The notes beneath the pieces are model-generated. The model was not told the DNA's origin, ran no database searches, and saw only the letters and a program-made list of their open reading frames with translations. A stretch of 63,833 nucleotides of DNA, filler included, from Conidiobolus incongruus B7586 (lineage: Eukaryota): assembly GCA_000697335.1 (NCBI GenBank). It is 45 parts of 45 records of this genome, joined end to end, with 100 filler letters (N's around TTAATTAATTAA, not from the genome) between each part and the next. Parts side by side here need not be neighbours in the genome. Positions count along the whole stretch, not along the records: positions 1 to 1,341 come from JNEM01000625.1; positions 1,442 to 3,062 come from JNEM01000626.1; positions 3,163 to 4,522 come from JNEM01000627.1; positions 4,623 to 5,920 come from JNEM01000628.1; positions 6,021 to 7,374 come from JNEM01000629.1; positions 7,475 to 9,045 come from JNEM01000630.1; positions 9,146 to 10,682 come from JNEM01000631.1; positions 10,783 to 11,984 come from JNEM01000632.1; 37 more parts are not named here. One strand, written 5' to 3'. Positions 1-13,355 of this stretch are shown piece after piece. Made by a program: the position numbers and the translations under genes. How positions within the stretch are numbered: the first letter of the stretch is position 1; each line of letters begins with the position of its first letter.

Positions 1-1341
1 TTAATAAAAATAAATTTAGTAATTAAAATATATTAATAACATTGTAAATTAAATATTTTGATCTTTTTTATATAAAAATTATATAAAAAAATTTACGATT
101 TGTTAATTATCATTATAAAGTACAAAATGTTTTTATTTCGATAAAATCATTCAATTACAAAAAATTCAACCTATTTCTGAATTATTATGAAATAAAATAT
201 AATATATATTTATATATATTAATTTATAAATTAATCCAAGTTTAAATAAATATTATAAATAATATACCATTATGATTAATATTAATTATTATATAGTTCT
301 TTAATTAATAAGTTTTAATACATATATTTTTAATTTATTAACTTGTATTTTTAATAAATAATTTTAAGATTAATAATAAACTATGACTTATTTAAATATT
401 TCAATTGCAGAATTAGATTATCAGTGCATATGCGTTTGTAATTAATTCAAATAATTGTTTTATTAAGCATCACAATTATCAACTTAATTAATTATTAATT
501 AGGTTGCTAATTTAATATAGTATTACAATGCATATATATCAATTAGATATATATTGATTATTTTTATACCAATAAAAAAGGAGGAAAAACCTTAATTCAT
601 TATTATAAAGTTTTAAGCATTGTTAGGTCATTTATTAAGTGCTAATCAGAGAGCAAATAGTAATAAGTTTAGCTTCCTCTGCACCCACAAAAAAGAAGAG
701 TCGATCATTTAAAAGAACTCAGATAAACAAATATATTGATATAAAACTTAAATATAAATTAAATAAAATTAATATCCTCATTTTTAATAAGAATTGTTAG
801 GCATATTTTTGACAAAGTTTTAATATTTAAAAAATGGTTTTTATACTAAAAAATGAATTTTAATACTTAAATGATTAATTAAATTCATTTACAAAATTTT
901 TCATTTTTGCAAGCTAATTTTTAATCACTCAAAGCCACTATCATTTTATAGATTATGATTTGGTTTAAAATATTAGATAATATAATATTTTCCAATTATT
1001 TATATTTAAAAATTATTTTAAAATTTTAACTATAAATATTTTAAAATTAATATATAAAATAATAATTAAAAAATTTTTATATGATATATAGATTATAATA
1101 TTATATAATAATAGTTAATATTCACTTATAAATATAATATCTATATATAAGATTCTTTTATAAATATTGTTTGAACCTAATATTTTGATTTGTGTTATTA
1201 TAAAGGATTATATAAAGGGATCTATAATTTATTAGTTTTAATAATTAATTATCAAAGCTTTTGCTTTTAAATATATTTAAATTAGTTTTATTTAATATTA
1301 TTATTTTTTCTTAAATTTTAATCAAATCATAAGGTATTTGT

Positions 1342-1441
1342 NNNNNNNNNNNNNNNNNNNNNNNNNNNNNNNNNNNNNNNNNNNNTTAATTAATTAANNN
1401 NNNNNNNNNNNNNNNNNNNNNNNNNNNNNNNNNNNNNNNNN
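1342..1441. other. Artificial 100-bp contig spacer (44N-TTAATTAATTAA-44N; stop codons in all six frames), first of 44
   Basis: The identical spacer also starts at 3063, 4523, 5921, 7375, 9046, 10683, 11985, 13256, 14790 ... 60971, 62445, dividing the window into 45 contigs. Adjacency across spacers is not biological. Confidence 0.99.
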
Positions 1442-2941
1442 AAAATAATTATATATATTAAAATACCTAAAACTATAATATATAATTAAGATATATTATT
1501 TAATAATAAATAAATATACTTAGATATATTTAATAAACTATTAGCAAAAATATTAATCTTTAATATTTAACCAAAATGAGTTATAAATTTATAGGTTTTA
1601 AAGATAAAGGGATATATTTAACAATACATAACTATAGTTTTTTTTGATTTTTTATTATTTTATATAATATTTATAGATAAATTAAATTCTTTTTATTAGT
1701 ATTAATATGTTTAAATCCCTTTCTAAAAAAATCATTTGTGTATTAATTAACTTTATAAAAAAATTAAATTAACTAATGATATTATTAGAATTACTAGTGT
1801 TAGCTAGTTTATTTTAGCTAAGATTATTAAAAATTACAATAAAAACATATTCAAACTTCAATATAAGTATATTAAAATTATAGATAAGCATAATAAAAGA
1901 TATATCTATAAGTTAGATAAAATAGGTCAATATGGTATTATTATAGAAATATAAAAAAATTATAAAATTATATAAAAATAATAATTAATACTAATATTAT
2001 TATATATATTTTATATTAATATAAAAATTACTTATACTTTAAAAAAAACACTCCTAATTAAAAAAATTCTATTATAAAGCTAGATGGGAGTTAAAAAATC
2101 ATTATTAATATTAAACCAAAATTATTAAAATAAAGTTATTTAGTTTAATAAAACAAAAATATATTTTATTAAATCTAATAAAATAGCTAAATATTTTAGA
2201 AAAGATATAAATTTACTTAATAACTATAATATTAATTTTATCTAAAAATATAAAAAAAAGTTAATTATTATTTGGGGATATATATTGTCTTTAGATATAA
2301 AATATTTTTGTTAATTTAATAGGGAAATTGATATTAAGATAAATTAAAATATTCTAAATAATAAGTTGAAATAAACTGTAGAATAGTATAGGTTAAATAA
2401 ATCTGATAATATTTTTCATCAAGATAGTGCTTTTTGTTATATTATAACTTCTACTACCAAATAGCTTAAAAATAACAAAATGATAGTTGTAAACTGGTTT
2501 TTAAATTTCTTAACTTTAATCTAATTGAATATATTTAGGATTAGTTAATAAAAAGCTATTAAAATTTCCTTTTAGCAAAAGATTTAAAATAGATTTAAAA
2601 ATATATTAAAGAAGTATAAAACAAGATTAACCCTTCTTAATATAAAAAACTAATGTATTCTATACCCTATAAACTTAAAAAAGTTAGAAAAGCTAAAGGT
2701 AGATATATTAGGTTTTAATTTTTTTATTATCAAAAACTTATAAATTGATGACTCACTCTAAGTAAAATTTAAAATTTTATATTTTAACAAAATAATAAAT
2801 AACATCATTTAATGATATAGATTAATAATCAATATAGTATATTTAAATTAGCTAATTTAAGTTTATTTTATTAAATACTAATTGAGTAATTAGTAATAAT
2901 AAAAGTTTTTTGATTTTATAATTTATTTTTATAAATTAGTT
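1442..2941 (+). mobile_element. Tc1-like DD34E transposon, decayed copy (subfamily A); left tip clipped, right TIR present
   Basis: ATG at 1707; HQDSA-like motif near 2418; ATTGAA (third catalytic E) near 2524; ends K-A-K-G-R-Y-I-R-F-TAA at 2718; terminal motif TTTTGATTTTATAATTTATTTTTATAAATTAGTT followed by TA. Confidence 0.92.
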
Positions 2942-3293
2942 TATATATAATATCAGTTTATAATAAATAAATAAATAAATATATTTATTTTATATTTTTA
3001 TCTTTATATATATTTTATTTTATTTTGATTTTTCTGAATAAAAAGTTATAATAAAAATATAANNNNNNNNNNNNNNNNNNNNNNNNNNNNNNNNNNNNNN
3101 NNNNNNTTAATTAATTAANNNNNNNNNNNNNNNNNNNNNNNNNNNNNNNNNNNNNNNNNNNNAATTAAAGCTTGGATTAATTGATCAAAAAATACAATAG
3201 ATATATTAAAACTTAATTAAAATTAAAAAGAAAACTAAAATAATTATTATGATACTTATTAAAATATTACCAAAAATATAGTTTTTAATAATT

Positions 3294-4522
3294 TTACATT
3301 ATTATTTAAATAATGAGAATATTTTGTAATTGAAAAAAATATACATTTTAATATATAAAATATAAAAATTAATATATAATATAATATTAATAATTTCTTT
3401 TATTTCTAATAACCTTTTGCTATACTTTTAGCAAAAATCTAACCGCTAAAAATAGTTCTTTTTATTAAAGACTAAAATTTAATATTTTATTAACTAATTA
3501 TAATTTCCTATAGAAATTTTCTTTTTTATAAGTTAGTTTTTAATTACTTAAAACAATGATAATTATATCAGTTATAATCTAAAGTATATATATGATATAG
3601 TAGTTTTTTCTAGTTATTTTTAATTAAAAAGTTCCTTATAACTTTAGCTTTATTTAATTTACAATTATCAATCAAAATAATAAGCCTTATTAAATTATAT
3701 TAAGAATACTAATTAAAAAAAGTTTTATTTAAAATAAATATAAAATTTACTACTAATTGATTTTTTTTTAAAAACTAAATAAAAATAGCATATATTTTTA
3801 AAGTCTATTATAATAATTAATATTTATTTATCAATAAAGTGTTTATTTAAAAGAATTTGTAAAAGGGGTTGATTTAGCTTAATCTAATACCTTGATTTAA
3901 GTTTTGATAAAAAATCAAACAAAAAAACCTAGGATTTATCAATTACAATAATTTATTATAAAAGCCTTGGTTTCTAGCTATACTTTAGTAAGTTTTGTTT
4001 AATAATATCTATTCTAATTTTTTTAAGCTTTAGTTAAATTATAAGATACCTATTTTATAATTTTTTAATTAATTTTAATTTAAACTTTAATATATATAAA
4101 GTACTTATGTGACTAATATTAAAATATCTTGATAATTCTTTAGCTGAAATAAAAAGGTATTTTTCAATATATTTTTTTATTTTATTAATAATTAGAAAAA
4201 TGATAGTTAAAATTAGTTTTTTAAATTTTAATAGGTTTTGAGTAGTTTCTTTGTTAGTCTTAAAATAAATTACCTAGCAAAAAATTATTAATTTAAATAA
4301 TATTTTATTATTAAAAGTTACTTATAAATTTTAAATGATTTTAGAGGGTTTATGGTTAAGTTTTATTGATATTAAAAAAAAGATGTTTGATGGTTATTAT
4401 TTTATTTAAATATAATTAAATTAAATAATTAATTTTAAAATATTATTTTTTTTATGAAAAAAATCATTATATATATAAATATATATAATTCAAAACTATT
4501 TATTCTTTTATTTGTTTTATAT
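3294..4522 (-). mobile_element. mariner DD34D transposon, decayed copy
   Basis: Collinear with 31364-32671; degenerate 3' TIR TTACATTATTATTTAAATAATGAGAAT; 5' tip cut by the contig end. Confidence 0.9.
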
Positions 4523-6020
4523 NNNNNNNNNNNNNNNNNNNNNNNNNNNNNNNNNNNNNNNNNNNNTTAATTAATTAANNNNNNNNNNNNNNNNNNNNNN
4601 NNNNNNNNNNNNNNNNNNNNNNATTCCAAATATTACTTGTAAGTTTTATATTCAAACATAATTATTATATAATTTATTAAATTGAATTTAAGTATGAAAT
4701 AAAAAAACTTTAATTGAATATTTGAAGAATAGAATTTATATATCAATTTATAAAGTTAAAATTTCAGAATCGATATTATAAAATTTTTATTATTAATCAA
4801 TATATTGAATTTATAAAAATATCGAATTAACATTAAAAATATATATTTTTCAATTAATTATATATTGTTAATTCTCTATTTTAATAAAATTTCATTAAAT
4901 AATTCTTATTAACTATATATTCTCTAAAAATATCAAAATTTTAACTTCCTATATCTTTTATGATTAATCAATAAATTGAAATTATTATAAAATGATTAAA
5001 ATTTTTATAATATAAATTCGTAAAATATAATTAATTTTGTTTTGATCAAATTCTAAAATATTGATTCAAATTAAATTTATAAAATTTGAATTAAGAAAAA
5101 TAAATTTATAAAATTTGAAAATGTTGAAATTCATAAATATGATATTGAATGAATAATATAAATAATTATTTCTATACTAAATGTTATAATGTATATGTTA
5201 AATGATATATATTATATTAAATTATGCAAATCAAATTAAAATAAAAATACTATTAAATTATTATTTATCAATATTATTTGTTTCAACTATGGTTCGAATT
5301 GATAAATTATAATATATAATTAGTTTTAAATTATAAATGGAATATAAAATATTATATTAATATCATCAATTTCAGATAAAATCTTAAATTATCAAAAATA
5401 TATATTGAATTATGGATTAGAATATATAATATTAATCTTTAAAATATATTAAAATTTGATTTACTCAATTTTAAATATTGATTTTTTATCTATTAAATTA
5501 TGATATAAATTTTTTCATTTAGTTTGTTTTAATTATATCTAATTTGGGCACAATAATTAAAAAATGAAAATTTCAAAAAAAAATAGCAAGTATATCTTAT
5601 TTTTATAAATTATAATAATATTGATTATATTGATAAATATAGTATTTATAATTATATGTTCTTTTGATCAAAAGATTTTTAGTAATTAAACTTAAGTCAA
5701 AATTACTAAATTGATATATATATTGAAAATTCTAGAATAAACTATAAAATTTTTTTTATATTAATTATAAATATTTTAATATTTTCATAAAAATGATTTT
5801 AAATTCAAAATCATTATAATAATTTATAATTTATAATCAATATTTTGTATCAAATATGAAATTTTTTAAATTTTTTTTATCAATAACTTCAAAAAAAATA
5901 ATATTATTAATATATTTTAANNNNNNNNNNNNNNNNNNNNNNNNNNNNNNNNNNNNNNNNNNNNTTAATTAATTAANNNNNNNNNNNNNNNNNNNNNNNN
6001 NNNNNNNNNNNNNNNNNNNN

Positions 6021-7322
6021 CTATATTTTAAATATTAGAAATTTTTTTTGCAATTTAAAATAAATAGATATTTTGTTATAAATATATATATAAATTAATA
6101 TATAATATATATTTAATAATTTCCAATATTATTAATTATTTTTGCTATATTTTTAATAAACTTCTAATTCTTAAAAGATAGTTCTTTTTATTAAGAACTA
6201 AATTTTGATATATCATAAATTAATTAAATTTTTTTGCAAATTTTTTTTCCTTGCAAATTGGTTTTTTAATTACTTAAAGCAATCATAATTATATGGGTTA
6301 TAATTTATGGAAAATATTAAATATGGTAGCTTTTTCTATTTATTTTTAATTATAGAATTTTTTATAACTTTAGATTTATATATTTTGCAATTATTATGCA
6401 AAATGTTAGGTATTTTTAAATTATATTAAAAATCCCAACTAGTGATAGTTTTCTTTAAAAAAATATAAACTTTATTATTGATTGATTTTCATTTAAGAAA
6501 TCAATAAAAGTAATATATATTATTATAATTTATTACAATTATTAATATTTGCTTATTAATAAAATATTTATTTCAAAGGATTTATAAATAGGGTTAATTT
6601 AGCTTAATCTATTATTTTGATTTATATTGTAATAAAAGATTATATATAAGTATTAAAGATTTATCAACTATAACTATTTATTATAAAAGTTTAAATTTCT
6701 AATAATATTTTTATAAGTATTGTTTAGCAATAGCTATTTTAACTTTATTTAAGCTTAAGTTAAATTATAAGGTATCTATTTTATATATTTATTAATTAAT
6801 TTAAATTTAAATTTGAAATATATATATAATATTTATAAAAAAATTAAAGTATTTAGATAATTTTTAAATTAAATTAAAAGGATATTTTTTAATATATCTT
6901 TTTAATTGATAAATAACTAAAAATATAATGGTTAAAATTGTTTTTTAAATTTTGGCAAGTTTTAAATAATTTCTCTTTTAATCTTGAAATAGTTTATCTA
7001 ATAATAAATAGTTGATTTTAATAATACTTCATTATTAAAGCAACGTATAAATTTTAAATAATTTTAGAGGATATATAGCTAATTATTACTAATACTAAAA
7101 TAAAAAACCTTAAATAATTATTATTTGATTTCAGTATAATTAAATTAAACTAATAAATTTTAAAAATTAATTTTTTAATAGAAAGAAAATATTAAATATA
7201 TATCTATAGTTTAAATATATATAATCATTTATTTATTTTATATATCAGTTCATTCAAAACTAATAATATGTTTGGAAAATTCAAAAATTAAAAAATTTCC
7301 AATAATTTTAAATTCGAGATAA
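6021..7322 (-). mobile_element. mariner DD34D transposon, nearly full-length decayed copy
   Basis: Collinear with 31364-32671; YNPY and ILHNNC motif relics; 5' TIR ...AAATTTCCAATAATTTTAAATTCGAGATAA. Confidence 0.9.
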
Positions 7323-7474
7323 TTATTATAATTTAAATATAATTAAATTTAATCATAAGTTTAAAATCAAAATANNNNNNNNNNNNNNNNNNNNNNNNNN
7401 NNNNNNNNNNNNNNNNNNTTAATTAATTAANNNNNNNNNNNNNNNNNNNNNNNNNNNNNNNNNNNNNNNNNNNN

Positions 7475-8995
7475 ATTAATAACCTAAATAATTATATATA
7501 TTAGATTACTTAGAACTAGAATATATAATTAAGGTATATTATTTAATAATAAATAAATATATTTAGATATACTTAGTAAACTATTAGCAAAAATATTAAC
7601 ACTTAATATTTAACTAAAGTAAGTTATAAATTTGCAAATTTGAGATAAAGGGATATATTTAACAATATATTACTATATCTTTTTTCTCTTTTTGTTATTA
7701 TTTTATATAATATTTTACAAATATACTAAATTTTTTTATTAGTATTATTATATTTAAATCCCTCTCTGAAAAAATTTATTTATGTATTAATCAACTTTAT
7801 AAAGAAGATAAATCAACTTATGATATTATTAGAATTACTAATGTTAGTTAATCTACTATAGTTAAAGCTGTTAAGAATAGCAATGAAAAAACATTTAAAC
7901 TTAAATTTAAATATATTAGAATTATAGATAAACATGATAAAAAGTATATTTAAAGGTTAGTTAGTATAAGTAAGTGTAGTATTACTATAGAAATATAACA
8001 GGAATTATAAAACTATACAAGAATATTAGTTAGCACTAATATTATTATATATACTTTATGTTAGCATAGATACCACTTACACCTTAAGAAAAAACACCCC
8101 TAACTAAAAAAATCCAATTATAAAGCTAGGTAAGAGTTTAAATGTCACCACTAATGTTAAACTAAAACTAATTAAAATAAGGTTATTTAGTCTAATAAAA
8201 CAAAAATATATTTTAATGGATTTGATGGAAAAGTTAGATAGTTTAAAAAAGATGTAAAATTACTTTATAATTATTATGTTAATTTTACCTAAAAGTACAA
8301 TAGTAGGTTAATTATTGTTTAGGGATATATGTTGTTTTTAGGTGTAAGGTATTTTTATAAAGTTAATAAAGGAATTAATATTAAAATATATCAAAGTACT
8401 TTAAATAATGAATTGAAAAAAACTATTGAATAGTATAGGTTAAACAAATCTGATGTTATTTTCTAGTAAGATAATACTTCTTCTTATATTATAATTTCTA
8501 CTATCAAATAGCTTAAAAATAACAAGATAATAGTAATAAAGTAACTTCTTTAATCTCCTAACTTTAATCTAATTAAATACCTTTAGGATTAGTTAAAAAA
8601 GGTTATTAAAGCTTTCCCCTTAGCAAAAGATTTAGATCAATTTTAAAAATATGTTTAAGAAGTATAGAACAAGATTAACCCTTCTTAATATAAAAAGTTA
8701 GTTGATTCTATACCCTACAAGCTTAAAGAAGTTAAAAAAGCTAAAGGTTGATATACTAAGTTTTAATTTTTTTTATTATCAGAAACCTACAAATTTATAA
8801 CTCACCTTAGATAAAATTTAAAGGTTTATATTTTAACCAATTAATACCTAAATATCATCATTTAATGATATATATAATGAATAAATATAATAGATTTTAA
8901 TTACTTAATTTAAGTTTATTTTATTAAATATTAATTAAGTTATTAGTAAAAATATAAATGTTTTTGATTTTATGACTTACTTTTATAGGTTAGTG
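7475..8995 (+). mobile_element. Tc1-like DD34E transposon, well-aligned decayed copy (subfamily A)
   Basis: Right end TTTTGATTTTATGACTTACTTTTATAGGTTAGTG followed by TA (8996-8997); inner repeat AAATTTATAACTCACC near 8791-8806. Confidence 0.95.
7750..8766 (+). pseudogene. Tc1-family DD34E transposase pseudogene (about 338 aa ancestral length)
   Basis: Span of 1017 nt with the start mutated to ATA and many internal stops. Cross-copy reading gives an N-terminal HTH (KSTRDIARITGVS.STV), WSDETK, FQQDNAPCH, WPPQSPDLNPIE.LWD and a C-terminal KG.YT.F*. There are 34 codons between the second D and the E position. Confidence 0.93.
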
Positions 8996-10108
8996 TATTT
9001 GTTATTTAATCTTTAAAAATCAATCCATTAATAATTAATCTTTAANNNNNNNNNNNNNNNNNNNNNNNNNNNNNNNNNNNNNNNNNNNNTTAATTAATTA
9101 ANNNNNNNNNNNNNNNNNNNNNNNNNNNNNNNNNNNNNNNNNNNNAAACATTTGATATTAATTTTTGTTGATATTTTTAAAATAGTTAATTATTTATAAC
9201 AATAAGTAGTTAATTTATAGTAATATTAAATAATAAAGATAAGTTTAAATTAGATTATCTTAATCCTTTACTAATTTTAATTATTATTGAATTTCTATTT
9301 CTAAAAAAAATAATTATTAAGGGATTAGCTATATAACTTTTTACTTAAGTAAGGAATTTTATCAAGAATCTTATATATTCAATGATTATTAATAAATACC
9401 TTTATAAGAGTTTGTTATATATTTTTTTTAATTAAATATTTGTCACAAATTGATAGCAACTCTCAGAATTCCCATAAATCATAATGCAACTTATTTCCTT
9501 ATAAATAGTTAGATAATATAATTCTATATACAAAAGGAGAAATGGACTTTAGTATAGTTAGTCTATTGATTAACCTTTCCTGGTATAACTTCCTCTATAC
9601 CCTAACTTTGCTTAATTAGTCTAATAAATCTATTAACTATCTAATACAGTATTATTCCTTATTTATTATTGATATTCCTTTTATTTTATTCTAATATACT
9701 TATAAATAAATAAATATTATCTTAAATTATTTTTTTTATAAATTGAAATTGATATTTATTAATAATTTAAGATAAAATATCTTTAAGTTTTTAAGTAAAG
9801 ATTTTATCATCTATATTTAATAAGATAATAAAATATTAAAACTTAAATTTAATATTTATACCTTTATTCTTATAAATTAAGGTTATCGATAAAATATATA
9901 TATTTTATAAGTACTTCCTTTTAATTACCTTATTAATAACTTGATAATAGATTAATGTTATATTTTTTTTAATTTTTTTATAAAGTTTATATAATATTTT
10001 ATTTAAGCTTGTTGTTTTTCTTTTAAAAAAGTTATTAATTGCTATTTATATTTTTTTAGTGAGATATTTATATTTAAGTATTTTATATTCTTTTAACTTA
10101 ATATTATA

Positions 10109-10682
10109 TACTAACTCACAAAATTAAGTTATAAAATCAAAAACACTTATATTCTTATTAATAACTTAATTAATATTTAATAAAATAAACTTAAATTAAA
10201 TAATTAAAAACTATTATATTTATTAATAATATATATTATTAAATGATGATATTTAGCTATTAATTGGTTAAAATATAAATTTTTAAATGTTACTTAAATT
10301 ATAAATTTATAGATTTTTGGTGATAAAAAAATTAAAACTTAATATATCTATTTTTAACTTTTTTAACTTTTTTAAGTTTATAAGGTATAAAATCAATTAA
10401 CTTTTTATATTAAAAAAGGTTAATTTTATTCTATACTTTTAAAACATATTTTTAAAGCTAATTTAAATTTTTTATTAGGGAAAACTTTAATAACTTTTTT
10501 TTAATTTATCTTAAAGATATTGAATTAGGTTAAATTTAAGAAATTAAATAAACCACTTTATAATTATTATTTTGTTATTTTTAAACTATGTAGTAATAAA
10601 AGTTATAATTTAATAAAAGATATTATCTTATTAAAAAATAATATTAGATTTGTTTAACTTATAATATTTAATAATTTTTTTA
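10109..10682 (-). mobile_element. Tc1-like DD34E transposon, 3' part with right TIR
   Basis: TA then TACTAACTCACAAAATTAAGTTATAAAATCAAAAACAC, followed by the reverse complement of the transposase 3' end. Confidence 0.9.
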
Positions 10683-10782
10683 NNNNNNNNNNNNNNNNNN
10701 NNNNNNNNNNNNNNNNNNNNNNNNNNTTAATTAATTAANNNNNNNNNNNNNNNNNNNNNNNNNNNNNNNNNNNNNNNNNNNN

Positions 10783-10879
10783 ATTTTTTTATAAATTTAA
10801 TATATAATTTTGCAAAATTTATAATATATTTGAAAGATCAAAAATTAACAAATCTGTTGTTTTTTAATTTTTATACTAG
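10783..10879 (-). mobile_element. mariner 5'-terminal fragment (variant TIR)
   Basis: ATAATATATTTGAAAGATCAAAAATTAACAAAT...TTTTATACTAG-TA matches the mariner end at 12304-12364. Confidence 0.6.
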
Positions 10880-12084
10880 TATTTTTATATTATATTATAT
10901 TATATTTATATAAAAATAATAAAATATTATATATTTTTTTTGTTAAGAAACTAGTTCTTAAAATTTATATATATATTTCTATATAATTAAACTAATTATA
11001 AATTATATGATTAATTTATATCTTTATAACTAAATTAGTTATATAAATAATTTTAAATTACTTAATAAACTAGGTTCCTCTTTTTTTCTCTGAATTTTTA
11101 ATATATCTTATTTTTTCTATTATTTCTAAGATTAAGACTATATTTTGTCAATATTATAGTATATTAGCTCTATCTAATATAAATCTTAATATATCAGTGA
11201 CTTATCTTTATTTGAAGCTTAATTAAACTTTGTTTATATTTTCAAGTTATATTACCACATTCTGTGCCATATTACTTTTATATTAAGTCTTTTTTTGCAC
11301 TATATCAATATTTTACCACTATGCTTATACTTTTATTAATTAAATTATAAATATATTTTATATTATATTTTTTTATTAATTTGATATATATAAATTTTAA
11401 GTTTTTTTAGCTATTATTCCCAATAATAATAAAATAATAACTATTATTAATATTAATAATTTTACAAATAAATTTACTTTTACTATATTATTAATTAATA
11501 TATATTGGTTTTTTAAAAAAGATCAAAAATAATGATATTAAAAATTTTCGTAATAATAATTTTAAATAATATTAATAATAATGTATAATAAAGAATTAAA
11601 ATTAGATAATTTTTTCTATATATATATTTATATTTAATATACTTATAAATTTATTACTTATATTAATTAAATTTTAGGTTTTAATAAATTAGTTAATAAC
11701 TAATAAAATAAATTAAAATTTGATTTATTATAATTAAAAATATTAATATGAATAAAAACTCAACAAAAATAAATTTAATTAAAAATTACCAAAGTGATAA
11801 GAAATATATAAATAATTTGTAATTTTAGACATATTTTTATAGGTTAATATATATTATAAATAAAATTTCATTGGATAAGAATTTATAAATATAACTTATA
11901 ATTTAATAGAAATTTGAATATAATTAAAATAATTATAGCTATATTAATTATATTATATTATTATTAAGATAATATTATTTATTANNNNNNNNNNNNNNNN
12001 NNNNNNNNNNNNNNNNNNNNNNNNNNNNTTAATTAATTAANNNNNNNNNNNNNNNNNNNNNNNNNNNNNNNNNNNNNNNNNNNN

Positions 12085-12362
12085 ATGATTTTAGAGGGTT
12101 TATGGTTAAGTTTTAAAGATACAAAAATAAAAACCTTTTGATAATCACAATCTAGTTTAAGTATGATTAAATTTAAGTATAAATTTTACAATTAAAATAT
12201 TTTAATAAAAAAATAATTAAAATTGAATATATATATATATATATATAGTTTGGAAAAATTTATTTTCCTATATATTATATATATATATAATCTTTCAAAA
12301 TATATAATATATTTGAAAGATTGGAAATTAAAAAATTTACCATTTCTTAATTTCTATACTAA
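12085..12362 (-). mobile_element. mariner 5' end (variant TIR), inserted in a Tc1-like copy
   Basis: ATGATTTTAGAGGGTTTATGGTTAAG matches 32410-32435; terminus aligns with 32648-32673; TA at 12363-12364. Confidence 0.85.
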
Positions 12363-12364
12363 TA

Positions 12365-13201
12365 TTTAACTAATTTTAATTAAAATATGGTTATTTAGTT
12401 TAATATAATAAAAATATATTTTAGTGAATTTAATAAAAAATTAGATACTTTATAAAAGATATAAAACTACTTTATAATTATTATGTTAATTTTACCCAAA
12501 AATAAAATAATAGGTTAAATATTATTTAAGAATATATATTGTATTCAAATGTAGGATATTTTTATAAAGTGAATAAAGGAACTAATAATAAGATTTATTA
12601 AAATATATTAAATAATATATTGATATAAACTATTGAATAATATAGGTTATATAAATTTGATAATATTTGTTAATAAATGATACCTTTTGCTATAATATAG
12701 ATTTTATTATCAAATAACTTAAAAATAACATGATAATAGTTATAAAGTAAACTTTTTAATCTTTTAATCATAATTTAATTCAATATCTATAAAATCAGGT
12801 TAAAAAAGCTATTAAAACTTATCCCCCAATAAAAGATTTAGATTAACTTAAGGAATATATTTAAGAAATATATAATAAGTTTAATTTTTCTAAGTATAAG
12901 AAATTAATTGATTTTATACCCTATAAACTTAAAGAAGTAAGAAAAGTTAAAGTTAGATATACTGAGGTTTAATTTTTTTTATTATCAAAAACCTATAATT
13001 TTATATCTTATTTTAGATATAATTTAAGAATTGATATTTTAATCAATTAATAACTAAATATTATCAATTAATGATTAATATAATTAATAATTATAATAAA
13101 TTTTAATTATTCAATTTAGGTTTATTTTATTATATATTAATAAAGTAATTAGTAAAAGTATAAGTATTTTTGATTTTATGACTTATTTTAGTAATTTAAT
13201 A
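12365..13201 (+). mobile_element. Tc1-like DD34E transposon, 3' half with right TIR
   Basis: Starts just upstream of the WSDETK region; ends TTTTGATTTTATGACTTATTTTAGTAATTTAATA-TA. Confidence 0.88.
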
Positions 13202-13355
13202 TATATAAAAATCAAAACAAAATTTAATAATTATATATCTTTTAAAACAAATATTNNNNNNNNNNNNNNNNNNNNNNNNNNNNNNNNNNNNNNNNNNNNT
13301 TAATTAATTAANNNNNNNNNNNNNNNNNNNNNNNNNNNNNNNNNNNNNNNNNNNN

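Noticed and set aside
560..730. GC-richer island in the first contig as a gene or RNA
   Set aside because: Several frames on both strands are equally plausible; no recognisable motif, tRNA or rRNA structure.
7750..8766. Transposases being intact under ciliate code 6 (TAA/TAG = Gln)
   Set aside because: TAG/TAA also replace conserved Trp, catalytic D/E are mutated to N/K, start codons are lost, and the stops differ between copies.
11070..11330. Minus-strand Q/K-rich reading under table 6
   Set aside because: Needs a frameshift, is short and unidentifiable, and is too weak to list as a feature.
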